Origin: Macrostomum hystrix
Lineage: Eukaryota > Animalia > Platyhelminthes
DNA: 64,000 bases
Direction of reading: 5' to 3'
Assembly: GCA_950097015.1 (NCBI GenBank)
Contig: CATNEN010000038.1
Coordinates: 9,176,001 to 9,240,000, forward strand
Shown: positions 63,770 to 64,000 of the stretch, piece after piece
Position numbering within the stretch: the stretch's first letter is position 1
Layout: every line of letters begins with the position of its first letter
The notes under the pieces: generated by a model
Databases searched by the model: none
Seen by the model: only the letters and a program-made list of their open reading frames with translations
What the model was told of the DNA's origin: nothing
Translations under genes and position numbers: made by a program

Positions 63770-64000
63770 ATTTTTAGCGGTTGGTAGAGAGCGGAATTTT
63801 TAGGGGTTGGTAGGGAGCGGATTTAGGAGTTGGTAGGGGGCGGATATTGTGTTTGGTAGGGAGCGGATTTAGGAGTTGGTTGGGAGCGGATTTCGGGGTT
63901 GTTAGGGAGCGGATTTTGGGTTTGGTAGGGAGCGGATTAAGGAGTTGGTAGGGAGCTGATTTTGGGATTGGTAGGCAGCGGATTTAGGAGTTGGTAGGGA
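63770..64000. repeat. ~23-bp G-rich tandem repeat GTTGGTAGGGAGCGGATTTAGGA (runs off the window)
   Basis: Direct imperfect repeats. Confidence 0.85.

Overview
Eukaryotic, intron-rich animal DNA. GC-rich exons, CAG/polyQ tracts and a different minisatellite in many introns suggest a Macrostomum-like flatworm (inference only). 0-20 kb: six minus-strand paralogues of an uncharacterised signal peptide + 2xEGF + stalk + transmembrane gene. Two of them come from a recent tandem duplication whose junction holds a 2.3-kb TG...CA element. Next are a small secreted Cys-rich (PAN/apple-like) gene and weakly supported Q/P-rich exons. Then CEP120 (minus, 7 exons, apparently keeping only the first of its three C2 domains), head-to-head with glycogen phosphorylase (plus, 8 exons), followed ~1 kb later by a DHX33-like DEAH helicase (plus, 6 exons, possible trans-spliced operon). 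A convergent Tau/MAP2/MAP4-like gene with about one repeat per exon is largely missed by the ORF track. Also present: tRNA-derived CORE-type SINEs, hAT-like and TA-flanked MITEs, a dispersed repeat family and >25 tandem arrays. Most long ORFs in the supplied track are minisatellite read-throughs. All gene models were assembled by eye from GT/AG sites and phase arithmetic; no database search was run.
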